56,165 bases of DNA. It comes from an uncultured Actinomycetes bacterium (GTDB taxonomy: Bacteria > Actinomycetota > Actinomycetes > Mycobacteriales > Mycobacteriaceae). The translations under genes were made by a program, and so were the position numbers. How positions within the stretch are numbered: position 1 is the first letter of the stretch; each line of letters starts with the position of its first letter. Location of the stretch: assembly GCA_903862565.1 (NCBI GenBank), contig CAIOYU010000651.1:1-56165 (forward strand), written 5' to 3'. The notes under the pieces were generated by a model. It saw only the letters and a program-made list of their open reading frames with translations. It was not told the DNA's origin and made no database searches. Positions 17,250-26,833 of this stretch are shown piece by piece.

Positions 17250-18820
17250 CCCTCCGGCGGCTGACGGCGATCGCCGGTGCCGTCGGCGGGCAGCAGGCCC
17301 AGGCGAATCGCTTCCCTGCGGACCGCTTCGTCCAGTTCCCGCCGTGCCTGGTCATCCGGACCGGGGTCCTCCTGGGCTATGCGTATCCCCAGTTTCTTCT
17401 CGACGAACTCCTCCACTGACCGGAACGGCGGGTCGGGAAGGTCGATCACGATGTGGAGATCACCGGGTGGCCCGCCGCCCAGCCCGGATCCGCCCCGGCC
17501 CCGCGCGACAAGGGTGTCGCCGTTGTGCACCTCGCCCGGAATCGTGAACTCGATCGTGCGGTTCGACGTCGTCTCGCCCCGGCCGCCGCACTCGGCGCAC
17601 GGGTCATCGCTGGTGAGTCCGGCACCCCGGCAGAGCGCGCACGTAGGTTGCCGCGATTCGTCGCAGCCGGGGCAGGCGCGCAGCGTCGCTCCGGGCGCTG
17701 CCCCGCTGCCGTTGCACGCCGCGCAGGGGGAGGGGACGTCGGCGCTCACAGTGACCGTCGCGCCGCCGGCGGCGTCACGGCGGTCAAGGCTGCGCGTCAC
17801 CCGTACCGGCGCGCCCCGGAAACTGCACACCCCCGAGACGCGCAGTTGGCTGCCGTCGGGGGCGAGCCCGACGTTGCCGTGGAGCAGCCCGGCGCCGAGT
17901 GCGGTGTCAAAGCTGCAATCGCCGACGGCGACGGTGGCACCGCCCGCGACGGTGACGGCGGGGCCGGGGACCGTGGTGCACCGGCACCGCGACAGTTCAG
18001 CGTGGCTGCCGGGCTCGTCGGCGCACACCGCTGCCCAGCTGGGTCCGAAGTCCTCGAATCGGCAGTCCGAGACGATGGCCGATCCGCCGCGCCGCACGAC
18101 GACGCCGTGGGCCCGCATGGCGGTGAATCGGCACCGCGACAGCTCCGCTCGTCCGCTCGAACTCACCGCGATCACCGCCGTCCAGCCGGTGCCACCGAAA
18201 TGGTCGAAACTGCACTCGAACAGTCTCGCCTGCCCGCTGTGTTCGACCAGGACAGCGTGGCCCCTCATGCCGGAGAACCGGCAGCCGATGAGGTCCACCG
18301 CGCTGCCGGGATCCTCGACGCTGACGGCCGGCGATTCGAACGCCCCGAAGCCACAATCGACGATGCAGGCCGAAGCCCCGTGCCGAAGGCGGACGGCGTT
18401 CGCCGCGCCGCCGGCGAACCGGCAGTTGGTGAACTCGAGTCGGCTCTGCGCGCCGGCGATGACAGCGGCGCTCATCTCGGGTGTGACGAACCGGCATTCC
18501 CGGGCGACGAGGCGGGCCCCCTCCTCGACGACGGTCGCACCGGTGCGGGTGATGCCGGTCAACTGGACCGCCGCCCCCGGGCGGATCACCAGGGTGTCGG
18601 CCAGTTGTGCTCCGGTGGTCGAAAACAGATGGAGGGACTTGTCTATCGACACCGCCGCGGTGCCCGCCACCAACTCCGCGGGGATGGCGACCGAATCCCC
18701 GGCAGCAGCCCGGGCGATCAGGCCGGCCAGGGTGACCCCGGCCTGATGCCCGACGGCGCGGCCCCCTCTGCCCATCGACTCCCCGGCCGACAGCGCTGCT
18801 TCACGGTAAGCGCCACCCAC
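17210..18820 (-). CDS. Right-handed beta-helix repeat protein fused to a DnaJ zinc finger plus partial C-terminal domain (no J domain)
   Basis: ~23-aa repeats ending CxF; then CAACNGSG, CPGC, CALCRGAG, CAECGGRG and IPGEVHNG...GRGGSG...GPPGDL; start uncertain. Confidence 0.8.
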   Translation of the reverse strand: MGGAYREAALSAGESMGRGGRAVGHQAGVTLAGLIARAAAGDSVAIPAELVAGTAAVSIDKSLHLFSTTGAQLADTLVIRPGAAVQLTGITRTGATVVEEGARLVARECRFVTPEMSAAVIAGAQSRLEFTNCRFAGGAANAVRLRHGASACIVDCGFGAFESPAVSVEDPGSAVDLIGCRFSGMRGHAVLVEHSGQARLFECSFDHFGGTGWTAVIAVSSSGRAELSRCRFTAMRAHGVVVRRGGSAIVSDCRFEDFGPSWAAVCADEPGSHAELSRCRCTTVPGPAVTVAGGATVAVGDCSFDTALGAGLLHGNVGLAPDGSQLRVSGVCSFRGAPVRVTRSLDRRDAAGGATVTVSADVPSPCAACNGSGAAPGATLRACPGCDESRQPTCALCRGAGLTSDDPCAECGGRGETTSNRTIEFTIPGEVHNGDTLVARGRGGSGLGGGPPGDLHIVIDLPDPPFRSVEEFVEKKLGIRIAQEDPGPDDQARRELDEAVRREAIRLGLLPADGTGDRRQPPEGYGSAPGGESITF

Positions 18821-18909
18821 ACCACAACGGTAAATGCGGCGATGGGCAATAGTCGCCCGCTAGCGCCCCCGGCGCGCGGCGTGTCGGTGCTCCGGGCTGG
18901 GCCGGGGCG

Positions 18910-19287
18910 TCACTCCTTCTTCACCCAGGACGTCAGCCGGCACGGGATGGCGGTGTTCTCGTCGGTGAGATAGCTGGCGCAGACCCGGTGATATCCGTCG
19001 GCGATCTGCAGAGCGTCGCGTGTGCTGCCCCGTACGAGAAGAATGGGGGAGAGCTTGTCGCCGTTGCCGATCTTCGCGAGATCGGTGCGCACGTGCGGGT
19101 TGTCGGCGGCCAACAGATTCAGGCGCGCAGCCCGAAGGATGTCCTTGGCCTTGCGGAACACCGTTTTGGCAGATTTCATCGATTCGACCGTCGCGGTGAC
19201 CGTGGCGGACTCGGCCAGCATGCTCAGATAGTCCGCGGCGGCGGTGTAGTCGTGATCCTCGGGCTCATTGAGCCACTTGACGGCCAT
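18910..19287 (-). CDS. Small ParB/sulfiredoxin-fold-like hypothetical protein
   Basis: LSPILLVRG...LQIADGYHRVCA motif. Confidence 0.65.
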   Translation of the reverse strand: MAVKWLNEPEDHDYTAAADYLSMLAESATVTATVESMKSAKTVFRKAKDILRAARLNLLAADNPHVRTDLAKIGNGDKLSPILLVRGSTRDALQIADGYHRVCASYLTDENTAIPCRLTSWVKKE

Positions 19288-19350
19288 GGTGGTGAGGCTA
19301 CTCACCGAGGGGCCGATGCCGCGTGGATCCGCGGGTCTCGGATTCGCCCG

Positions 19351-20187
19351 CTAAGCGCAGGGGAAGTCCTCGCGGGCCAAGCGTTCCAAGGCCACCCCGT
19401 TGAGCAGCTCGCCGCGCTGCTCGGGGTGCAGCCAGTAGTTGCGAACCATCCAGAACATCGCGTTCCGCTTGTTGGAATACCAGGCGCCGTCGAGGAGGAC
19501 CTGTGACGACCCGTCTCGCATGACGAAAACGATTGGTGTCAGCGGCTTCTGCCGAAGGGAAGAGCCGGTCGAGGGGAGATGATCCAGGATGTCGACGACA
19601 TCCTCCCAGCGCCCGGCCTTCACGGGCTTTTCGTTGGCGTGGAAGCCGACGGGATTGAGATTGAGATAGTAGTCCCGGGAGCGCCACCAGGCGTGAATGA
19701 CGCTGGCGCCAAGGACCAGTCCCACCACCCCGGCGAATGTCGCGTCCACCTGGGTCGATGAACCCGTCGAGTTTCGTCGACGGTTCGACGACACCAGTGG
19801 CGGCACGTCCACCCCGGCAAGGTAGAGCAGTGCGTAGACGATCCCCGCAATGCTGAGCGCACCCAGGCCCAGGGCGAGGACCTTTTGCCGCGAGCGGTCC
19901 GGGTAGAGGGTGCTTCCCTGGGCGTTCGCTGTTGCCGTCGACTGTTTGTGGCGTTGTATGCCGAAGCCGAGCGCCATGATGCCGCCGATCCAGGCGAGGC
20001 CGAAGGTCTGCATCAACCCCAATTCGCCGCCCCCGAGCAGGGATGTCAGCAGCCCGATCGCTCCCATGAGGCCGGTGAGGTAGAAAAATGCCCGGCCGCG
20101 GGGGCTGTGAAGATCGTTCCAGTGCGGGGGCATCGGCAGCTTACCGGGCTGTGATTGCGGAACCTGTGGGTCGCGCGAATTCGTCAT
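19351..20187 (-). CDS. Hypothetical membrane protein (four TM segments plus soluble C-terminal domain)
   Basis: Four hydrophobic segments; RBS GGAG upstream of ATG; C-terminal YWLHPEQRGEL. Confidence 0.7.
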   Translation of the reverse strand: MTNSRDPQVPQSQPGKLPMPPHWNDLHSPRGRAFFYLTGLMGAIGLLTSLLGGGELGLMQTFGLAWIGGIMALGFGIQRHKQSTATANAQGSTLYPDRSRQKVLALGLGALSIAGIVYALLYLAGVDVPPLVSSNRRRNSTGSSTQVDATFAGVVGLVLGASVIHAWWRSRDYYLNLNPVGFHANEKPVKAGRWEDVVDILDHLPSTGSSLRQKPLTPIVFVMRDGSSQVLLDGAWYSNKRNAMFWMVRNYWLHPEQRGELLNGVALERLAREDFPCA

Positions 20188-20213
20188 CTCATCTCCCCGA
20201 ATGAGGTTGGTTA

Positions 20214-21848
20214 CTAGTCCACTTCCGCGGCGATGCCGCGCACCAGATCAAGCACCTGCTGGGTCGCGCTATCGCTCTGGCAGACAATGGAATCCACGAC
20301 GACATTGTTTTTGACGCCCAGACCTCGATCGCAGGCGACCCCCGAGGGACCCACGGCTTGGGCGAGCAGAGCGATGCTGTCGTCTGTCACCACCACGTCG
20401 GCGAATTTCACCTCGGCGCTCGGGTCGTTCGGGTCGACTTGGCGGATCGCACTGCGGTTGGCGCACTGGCGCCACTCCTCGACCTGATTGTCCCTGGCCG
20501 ACTCGGCGGCCTCCACGGACGGATAGGACACCACCGCCTGCTGGATCGACGCTGTCCCGCGTTGCGGGTCAGGGTTCGCCGCGGTGAAGACATTGGCTTC
20601 AAGAGCGGTGTAACCGCTTCCGGCGTAGGTGGATTGCGCGATCGGCCCATAGGCCGCAGCACATTCTGTGCTGACGATCTTGCGGGAGTAGTCGATGGGT
20701 TGATTGGTCGAGGCCCCACGGCGCATCGGCGTGCCCATGATCGAACTGAGTTTGCCCTCCGACAGCAACAGTCCCGGCACCGTGGCAGGCTCCACCAATG
20801 GCAGGGCAGGTTCCGCTTTCGACGCCTCGACCCCTCCGTCGTCCGACGAGCCTCCGAGTGTCAGTGCAGCGATGAGGGCTGCCACCAGGACGACGGCACC
20901 GACACCCAACCCGAGAAACAAAGGATTACGCCCCAGCGCTGAGGTTTTAGCGGCTATATCGGTCATCGGGCGCGTGCTCTCGCGCGGTGACACCGAGATC
21001 GGCGCTGTCATATGCGATTTCACACCCAGCGCACGGGCGGCGGCGTCGGCGAGGTCACGGGCGCTCTGATAGCGGCGGGAGGGATCCTTGGCCATCGCGG
21101 TGGCGATGACGTCGTCGATCGCCGGCGGCAGCCCGGGCACGTGATCGGTGACCCGCGGTGGCGGTTGGGTGAGATGGGCCTCGATGACCGCCGCCGCGGG
21201 ACCGCTGGGGTACGGGGTGCGTCCGGTCAACAGGCGGAACAGGCTGCACCCCAGGGAATACAGGTCTGCGCGGCCGTCCGAGGGCCGACCGGCCAGGACC
21301 TCCGGCGCGGCATAGGCGACCGTTGCGAACACCGAACCCGCCACCGAGATCTCGTTCTGACCCCGATAGCGCGCCACGCCGAAATCGCCGAGCAGCACCC
21401 GTTCCTCAGGTCCGCCATCACCGGACAGCAGGAAGTTGGCGGGCTTCACATCGCGGTGGACGATGTGACGCTGGTGGGCGTAGTCGAGTGCTTTCGCTAT
21501 CTCCTCGATGACGTGGACCGCACGGGCCGGAGTCATCTGTCCGTCCTGGAGCGCGGTGTCGGCGTCGGTTCCGGGCACGAACTCCATGGCGATCCACAGA
21601 TGACCGTCGTCGCGGCCGCGTCGGTAGACCGTCACGATGTTCGGGTGGTTCAGCTGCGCGACGACGTCGGCTTCGCGCAGGAACCGGTTCTGGAAGTCGA
21701 CGTCGTCGGACAACTGCTTGTTGAGGACTTTCAGCGACTCGTAGCGCGGCAGGTCTGGGCTGCGAGCGAGAAATACGGTACCCATCTGACCTTGGCCGAG
21801 CACACGCTCGATGCGGTATCCCGCAAGGGTCGAACCGCTGGTCAGCAC
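20214..21848 (-). CDS. Membrane Ser/Thr protein kinase with PknH-type extracellular sensor domain (PknJ-like architecture)
   Basis: [28 protein letters not shown]; TM helix; QQAVVSYPS...WRQCAN...KNNVVVD. Start placed at GTG 21848, 6 nt after a TATATT -10 (leaderless pattern); longest ORF starts at 21947. Confidence 0.92.
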   Translation of the reverse strand: MLTSGSTLAGYRIERVLGQGQMGTVFLARSPDLPRYESLKVLNKQLSDDVDFQNRFLREADVVAQLNHPNIVTVYRRGRDDGHLWIAMEFVPGTDADTALQDGQMTPARAVHVIEEIAKALDYAHQRHIVHRDVKPANFLLSGDGGPEERVLLGDFGVARYRGQNEISVAGSVFATVAYAAPEVLAGRPSDGRADLYSLGCSLFRLLTGRTPYPSGPAAAVIEAHLTQPPPRVTDHVPGLPPAIDDVIATAMAKDPSRRYQSARDLADAAARALGVKSHMTAPISVSPRESTRPMTDIAAKTSALGRNPLFLGLGVGAVVLVAALIAALTLGGSSDDGGVEASKAEPALPLVEPATVPGLLLSEGKLSSIMGTPMRRGASTNQPIDYSRKIVSTECAAAYGPIAQSTYAGSGYTALEANVFTAANPDPQRGTASIQQAVVSYPSVEAAESARDNQVEEWRQCANRSAIRQVDPNDPSAEVKFADVVVTDDSIALLAQAVGPSGVACDRGLGVKNNVVVDSIVCQSDSATQQVLDLVRGIAAEVD

Positions 21849-21952
21849 CTGTTGAATATAGCCGCGCCGAACAGCATGGGTCGGGGACTGAGGGCTGGGC
21901 CATGCATGCGGTGCCAACGCTGTTCCATGCGTGCCTACGGGCGCCATGTCTG

Positions 21953-22004
21953 ACTACTTTAGCACCGCTAAATTAGTGTGGCTGGCGAGAGTTTGCCGGT
22001 GCTA
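21953..22004. promoter_or_regulatory. AT-rich palindrome in the kinase / espE-like divergent region
   Basis: ACTA-C-TTTAGC-ACC-GCTAAA-T-TAGT (21953-21977); TAGCACCG (21960) also mirrored by CGGTGCTA (21997-22004). Confidence 0.6.
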
Positions 22005-22043
22005 TTCTTTGAGCGCTGGAACTGCAGAAGGGGTGGGGCTCGC

Positions 22044-23573
22044 ATGTCGACCGAATCTGGTGCTGCCGCTGCGACGGGCGCGCTGTCGGGTGTCGGGAGC
22101 ACTGTTCGGGGTGGCGCCGGGGGCTTCCTGGCCCTAGCTGGGATCGCCGAGCATGTGGAAGGCAGCGGCAAGGGGGATCATTGGGCGCAGGCCGGTCTGC
22201 TGGGGGATGGGATCTGTCTGGCCCAGGCATACCTGGGTGAGGCGTGGGCGACGCCGATCATCGCGGCCGGACTCACCGCCCTCACGGCGTACAGCCTGGC
22301 GTGCGGATTTCCGTTCACACCCGACGAAGGCGCCAAGTTCGCCAACGGCGCCGCAGAGTTCGGCAAGGTCGGTCTCGCTCTCGGGGCGGCTCAACCGACC
22401 TGGGAATGGACGGGGAGCGGGTCGGACACCTATGGCCGGCGCTGCCTGGATCAACTCGAGCTCGCCCAGCGGATGGCCGACGCCGACGACCGTCTGCATG
22501 CGATCCTTGCCGATCAGGCCCAGCAGATCCGTGCCGCTCGGGACATGGTCGACCAGAGCGCCACCGTCTTGGGGATCTCGATTCCAGTTGCGATGGCGCT
22601 GTTGGCTTTTGGGCCGCTCGGGTTTGTGGACTCCGAACTCATCCAAATCGCGGCCACGGTGACTGCGCTGGGAGTTGCGACGCCCGCCATGGAGAAGCTC
22701 ATGAGCGAGGCTGCGGTCAACGCAGCACGGATCCGCAACGTCGCCGGCGACTACAGCCAGGTTGCCGCCGATGCCAGCCGCACTGGGTCGGTGGCAGGTT
22801 TCGGACCGAGCGCAGACGACGTCGCCCCCAGCGGTACGGCACGTCCGACGAACCCACCCGCTGCGAAGCCCGGCCCGGCGGGAACGCCGCCGAGTGGGGG
22901 CGCGCCCAGCGGGACTGCTGCACCTGGCGCAGGCACGCCCGGTGCGCCACACAAGCCCGCTGCACCTGGTGAAGGTTTGCCCGACGGCGGATCGGGAGCA
23001 TCGGGCGCCGGGGTCCCACGGGGTGTCGCACCGGGTGGCGGAGCTTCCGCGGCAGAGGCGGCACCACCCCCTCCTGCCTCGGCTGTCGCCCCTGCTGACG
23101 CCGCCGTAGCCCCCGTGTCGGCGGGCGCGGGTGCTCCCAGCGGGGGTCTGCCCGGACTGCCTGGCGCAGTGCCCGGAGGTGGCGGATCCGGCGTGTTGGC
23201 ATCCATGCTCGGACCCGCGACGCAGGCCGCGACCCAGGCTCTCGGGCAAGCCGGGCAGGGGGCGACGCCGGCACCTGCCGGAGCGCAGTCCCCACCGCCG
23301 GCGGCCGTACCGGGCGGCACCTCTGGCCAGGGGGCTACGCCGGGAACCCGTCCGGCCGCGCTCGGCCCCGAGCAGAAGCCGATCGGCGCGGTGTCAGAAC
23401 CCGAACCGGAACCGGATCCCGAGGATCATGCGGTTGCCGACGGCGCCGGCCCGGTCGGACCGGGTGCGCGCGCACCCATCCATGTGGAGATCGAGCTCGA
23501 CCCGAATCAGCTGACCGCACCGGTACACGTTGTGCTCGATCCCAAGAACGCCATGCCCGGATCGTCCGGGTAG
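22044..23573 (+). CDS. EspA/EspE-family type VII secretion substrate
   Basis: ATPII...PDEGAKFANGAAEF...WTGSGSDTY...MADAD...LADQAQQI; long Pro/Ala/Gly linker; C-terminal RAPIHVE. Confidence 0.85.
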   Translation: MSTESGAAAATGALSGVGSTVRGGAGGFLALAGIAEHVEGSGKGDHWAQAGLLGDGICLAQAYLGEAWATPIIAAGLTALTAYSLACGFPFTPDEGAKFANGAAEFGKVGLALGAAQPTWEWTGSGSDTYGRRCLDQLELAQRMADADDRLHAILADQAQQIRAARDMVDQSATVLGISIPVAMALLAFGPLGFVDSELIQIAATVTALGVATPAMEKLMSEAAVNAARIRNVAGDYSQVAADASRTGSVAGFGPSADDVAPSGTARPTNPPAAKPGPAGTPPSGGAPSGTAAPGAGTPGAPHKPAAPGEGLPDGGSGASGAGVPRGVAPGGGASAAEAAPPPPASAVAPADAAVAPVSAGAGAPSGGLPGLPGAVPGGGGSGVLASMLGPATQAATQALGQAGQGATPAPAGAQSPPPAAVPGGTSGQGATPGTRPAALGPEQKPIGAVSEPEPEPDPEDHAVADGAGPVGPGARAPIHVEIELDPNQLTAPVHVVLDPKNAMPGSSG

Positions 23574-23601
23574 GGCCACGACGACGAAAGCGGAGAGACA
23601 G

Positions 23602-23931
23602 ATGTCAGGGGAGTTGAAGGTCACCACAGCGCACGTCAGAGGTCTGGCGGGCAAGCAGGGTGAAATCGCCACCGAGATCGAATCAGCCCGCGCGGCGACG
23701 GACGCGGTCCTGCGTGATGTCCTGTTCAGTCACGGGGCGATCTGCGGTTCCGCCAATGACGCCCTCGCGGTGGCCGTTGCCGCCCGTGACAGCGCCTGCG
23801 CGGCGATGCGGGAGGTGTCGACAGGTCTGGAAGAGCATCTGACCGCAGCCGCTGCGGCCTATGACGCCGCCGACGCCTCCACAACGGGCGCCCTCGATCA
23901 GTCGATGCTGGGCGGCGGCGGAACCTTCTAG
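23602..23931 (+). CDS. EspC/EspF-family type VII secretion substrate
   Basis: LKVTTAHVRGLA, SHGAIC, C-terminal YDAAD (YxxxD/E signal); 109 aa; paired with the EspA/E-like gene. Confidence 0.88.
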   Translation: MSGELKVTTAHVRGLAGKQGEIATEIESARAATDAVLRDVLFSHGAICGSANDALAVAVAARDSACAAMREVSTGLEEHLTAAAAAYDAADASTTGALDQSMLGGGGTF

Positions 23932-23948
23932 CTCAAACGCAAACACAA

Positions 23949-23977
23949 CGGCCCGCCACCTCGTCGGTGGCGGGCCG
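23949..23977. terminator. Hairpin between convergent espF-like and whiB6 genes
   Basis: CGGCCCGCCACC-TCGTC-GGTGGCGGGCCG perfect 12-bp stem. Confidence 0.85.
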
Positions 23978-24008
23978 CTGTGCACGTCGATTAGGGGCGT
24001 CGGCCGCG

Positions 24009-24338
24009 TCAGGCGGTTTCGTCCATGACGTACCGGGAGCGGTTGACGTTGACCGGGTATCCGTTCCGTTCGGCCAATCCCCGCAGCTGCCGCAGCGCGA
24101 AGCTGCGCGGCCGGCCGGACTCGGGGATCACGATGCCGGCCCAGAGCCCCTCGGCGCCGGGTGATTCGCACGCCTCGCGCGCGCATTGCCAGCGGCGCGG
24201 GCACTGGCGGCAGAGCGCTTTGGCCCCTTCGTCGATCTGCAGGGTCCAACGCGCAGGTTCCTTGGTGCACGGTCCCAGCGGGAGCTCCAGAAGTGCGACG
24301 CTGGAGGCGGTGAGGGTGGTGGCCGGCGAGGTTGTCAT
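24009..24338 (-). CDS. whiB6: WhiB-family regulator WhiB6
   Basis: CTKEPARW, CRQCPRRWQC, EGLWAGIVIPESGR; ESX-1 context. Confidence 0.93.
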   Translation of the reverse strand: MTTSPATTLTASSVALLELPLGPCTKEPARWTLQIDEGAKALCRQCPRRWQCAREACESPGAEGLWAGIVIPESGRPRSFALRQLRGLAERNGYPVNVNRSRYVMDETA

Positions 24339-24505
24339 CGTGAACTTGAGTCCTTCTACGACGGGGCGATAACGACAATGCAAACTATAGCGACGATAAA
24401 GTTAGGGTTCAAGTTAAAGGGCGCTCATCATCCCCAACTCTGGCGCGGAGGTGGGGTAAACTCACCAGACAAGCAAGCCGCCAGCCCGAAGGATGTCCCG
24501 TTACG

Positions 24506-25267
24506 TTGAGCGATCACGCTTCGACCGGCGGTGTCGAGGTTCGTGGTGATCCGTCCGGCTCGAGTGGATCCGGCGCGCAGGCCGGCAGGGTCCGGGCCGG
24601 TGCGGCGGTGGCCGCGCGGCGCCGTCAGCTGGGGATCAGCCAACGCAGCCTTGCTGCCGATGGAGTGATCACCGCGGCGGCGCTGATCGCTTTCGAGAAG
24701 GGCCGGAGTTGGCCGCGTGACGGCACCCGCCGCAAGCTGGAGACGGTCCTCGGATGGGAACCCGGCTCGATCGACCGCATCAGGCGGGGTGAGGCACCTG
24801 ACGGCCCGTCTCCGCAGGCCGCCATCGGTGCGGAACCCTCGCTTCTGGTGGCGGCACTGGCATCCGCGGCCAGCGCGCTGACCTCGGTGATCGAGGCCCT
24901 GCCAGCCCCTGACGCTCCGGAGTTCCCCGCTCGGGCAACCTCGGTGCTGGCCGACCTGCGGCAGTTGGAGTCCGTCGCGTCCAAAGCGGCCCGCGTCGGT
25001 CCCGCCACACCTGAGTTGTTGAAGGCGCTCTCGGCGACCCGCCGTCTATACGACGAGTTGATGCTGGCAGCGGCGCGTTCCCCGGGTGCCACCCTGGGTC
25101 AGCGGGTGTACGCCGTACGGCGCCTCAACACGCTGGCCGATGCCGAGTTGGCGCAGGCCAGTGGTATTTCCGAGGCTGTGATCGTCAAAGCTCAGGCCGA
25201 GCAACCGCTGAGCGCCACCGAGGCGGCCGCGCTGGAGACCGCGGTCGCGCAGTTCAACTGGACGTGA
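24506..25267 (+). CDS. espM: EspM (Rv3863-like) HTH regulator lacking the N-terminal FHA domain
   Basis: RAGAAVAARRRQLGISQRSLAADG...LIAFEKGRSWPR, ATLGQR; divergent from whiB6; TTG start. Confidence 0.85.
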   Translation: MSDHASTGGVEVRGDPSGSSGSGAQAGRVRAGAAVAARRRQLGISQRSLAADGVITAAALIAFEKGRSWPRDGTRRKLETVLGWEPGSIDRIRRGEAPDGPSPQAAIGAEPSLLVAALASAASALTSVIEALPAPDAPEFPARATSVLADLRQLESVASKAARVGPATPELLKALSATRRLYDELMLAAARSPGATLGQRVYAVRRLNTLADAELAQASGISEAVIVKAQAEQPLSATEAAALETAVAQFNWT

Positions 25268-25446
25268 GGCGATCCCGGCGGCACGCTGATGTTTGCTGAA
25301 ACGCGGCGCCGGGGGTGCTGCCAGCCCCAAGAAGTGCATCCTGACCAGTGTCGCCGCTGTTAGGCTCGATATGTGGCCGAGGGGTGGGCTGGAAAGCCAT
25401 TCAAGCTTCTCTTAACGGCGGGGCTTTTGTCGCCGGTGAGAACGCG

Positions 25447-26298
25447 ATGACGTCGTACCTGCAGAACGCGGGCGCCGAGGCTCTCATCGACGACGTGGTC
25501 GCCGCGGAACTCACCGTCGACGGCGTGCTGGTCGTCGCCGACAGGCTGGGGATCGGCGACTTCCCAACGGTCCTCGCATTGCGTCTCAACATCCCTTTCC
25601 CCGACCTGCGAGAGACGGTCTGGGAGCAGGTCGCCCGCGATCTGACCGCACAGGGCATCCTGACCGCGTACGGCGAACCGCACCCGGCTGTGGCGGACAT
25701 GCTGCATACGCTGAGTAGGTCCGACCGGACGCTGGAGGGCCGCTGGTGGCGGCGCGACCGGGGCGGCGAGATGACCCGTTTCGCGGTCAGTCGTCGTGGC
25801 GATCGGCACGTGATCGCGGTACGTCATGGTGAACTGGTTGTGCTGCAGCGGGTTTCGTCGAAGGTTGGCTTGGCTGCCATGGTGGCTGCCGTGCTGGGCT
25901 CGGGCGATTCGGCCGATGTCGAGCCGTTGACCGGGCTGGCGGCCACCCTCGGGCAGTGCCGGACCGCCGATCAACTCGGCCAGTTCGAGATCGGCCTGGC
26001 GTCGGCACGCACCTATGCCGCTCTCATCGCCGAGCCGGCCAGCTGGTCGGAGATCATCGTCACTCAGCGTCACCCCGGCGGCACGGTGACCCACACAGAC
26101 GTCGCCGCCGGTGTACTCGACGGACCACAGGGCCGGATCGTGTCGATTCCTCGCCTGGTCAACGGCGAGCTTTACGGCAGCTTCCTGCCGGGCAGTGATG
26201 CCAACCTGCAGCGGGCCCTGGACGGGTTGGTGCAGTTCCTGCCGGCCGGTGCCTGGTTCGACCCCGAAGAGACCGGCGCTGCTGGCGGTTTCGAGTGA
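25447..26298 (+). CDS. espG1: ESX-1 PE/PPE chaperone EspG
   Basis: ELTVDG, FPTVLALRLNIP, RTLEGRWW, GRIVSIPRLVNGELYGSFLPG. Confidence 0.92.
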   Translation: MTSYLQNAGAEALIDDVVAAELTVDGVLVVADRLGIGDFPTVLALRLNIPFPDLRETVWEQVARDLTAQGILTAYGEPHPAVADMLHTLSRSDRTLEGRWWRRDRGGEMTRFAVSRRGDRHVIAVRHGELVVLQRVSSKVGLAAMVAAVLGSGDSADVEPLTGLAATLGQCRTADQLGQFEIGLASARTYAALIAEPASWSEIIVTQRHPGGTVTHTDVAAGVLDGPQGRIVSIPRLVNGELYGSFLPGSDANLQRALDGLVQFLPAGAWFDPEETGAAGGFE

Positions 26299-26332
26299 GA
26301 AGCACAATCACACCGTCAGAAGGACGACGACC

Positions 26333-26833
26333 GTGAGTTACATGCCCGAGGACGACTGGGAGGTTCCCGACTTCGGTCCGGGGCCTTCACCCGACGCCGA
26401 CGACGCGTCCTCGCTGGACTACCTCTACGACCCTGCGCCGGGTGCCTCCGTTGAACATGACGGGGTGCCCGAAGGAGCCCCCGGGCGCGAACTGCCGGCC
26501 TTCAGCGTGACCAACCCTGCGGGAACGGTCACCGCCACGGCGCTGCTGGTCGGACGGCTGCAGCGAATCGAACTCGCACCCCACTCGAAGTTGGCGACCG
26601 CGATGACCGAAGACGAACTCGCGCAGGAGATTCTGTTGGTAGGCCGGCTGGCCGGCCAGAAGGCCCGCTCCGAACTCTTCACGGTCATGATGGATCAGAC
26701 GGCGGCCGCCGGCCAGGATCCGGAGACCGCGCGCCGCTTCCTCCGAGACGACGTCGGCCTGCCCACCCCGGAAGAGTCGACCGCAGCCCAGGCCGAGGCC
26801 TTCGGCGCGCGGTACCGGGAGAGCCATGGCTGA
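26333..26833 (+). CDS. espH: EspH-family protein
   Basis: Acidic N-terminus; FSVTNPAGTVTATA, MTEDELAQEI, LPTPEE...AQAEAFGARY; lies between espG and eccA. Confidence 0.88.
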   Translation: MSYMPEDDWEVPDFGPGPSPDADDASSLDYLYDPAPGASVEHDGVPEGAPGRELPAFSVTNPAGTVTATALLVGRLQRIELAPHSKLATAMTEDELAQEILLVGRLAGQKARSELFTVMMDQTAAAGQDPETARRFLRDDVGLPTPEESTAAQAEAFGARYRESHG

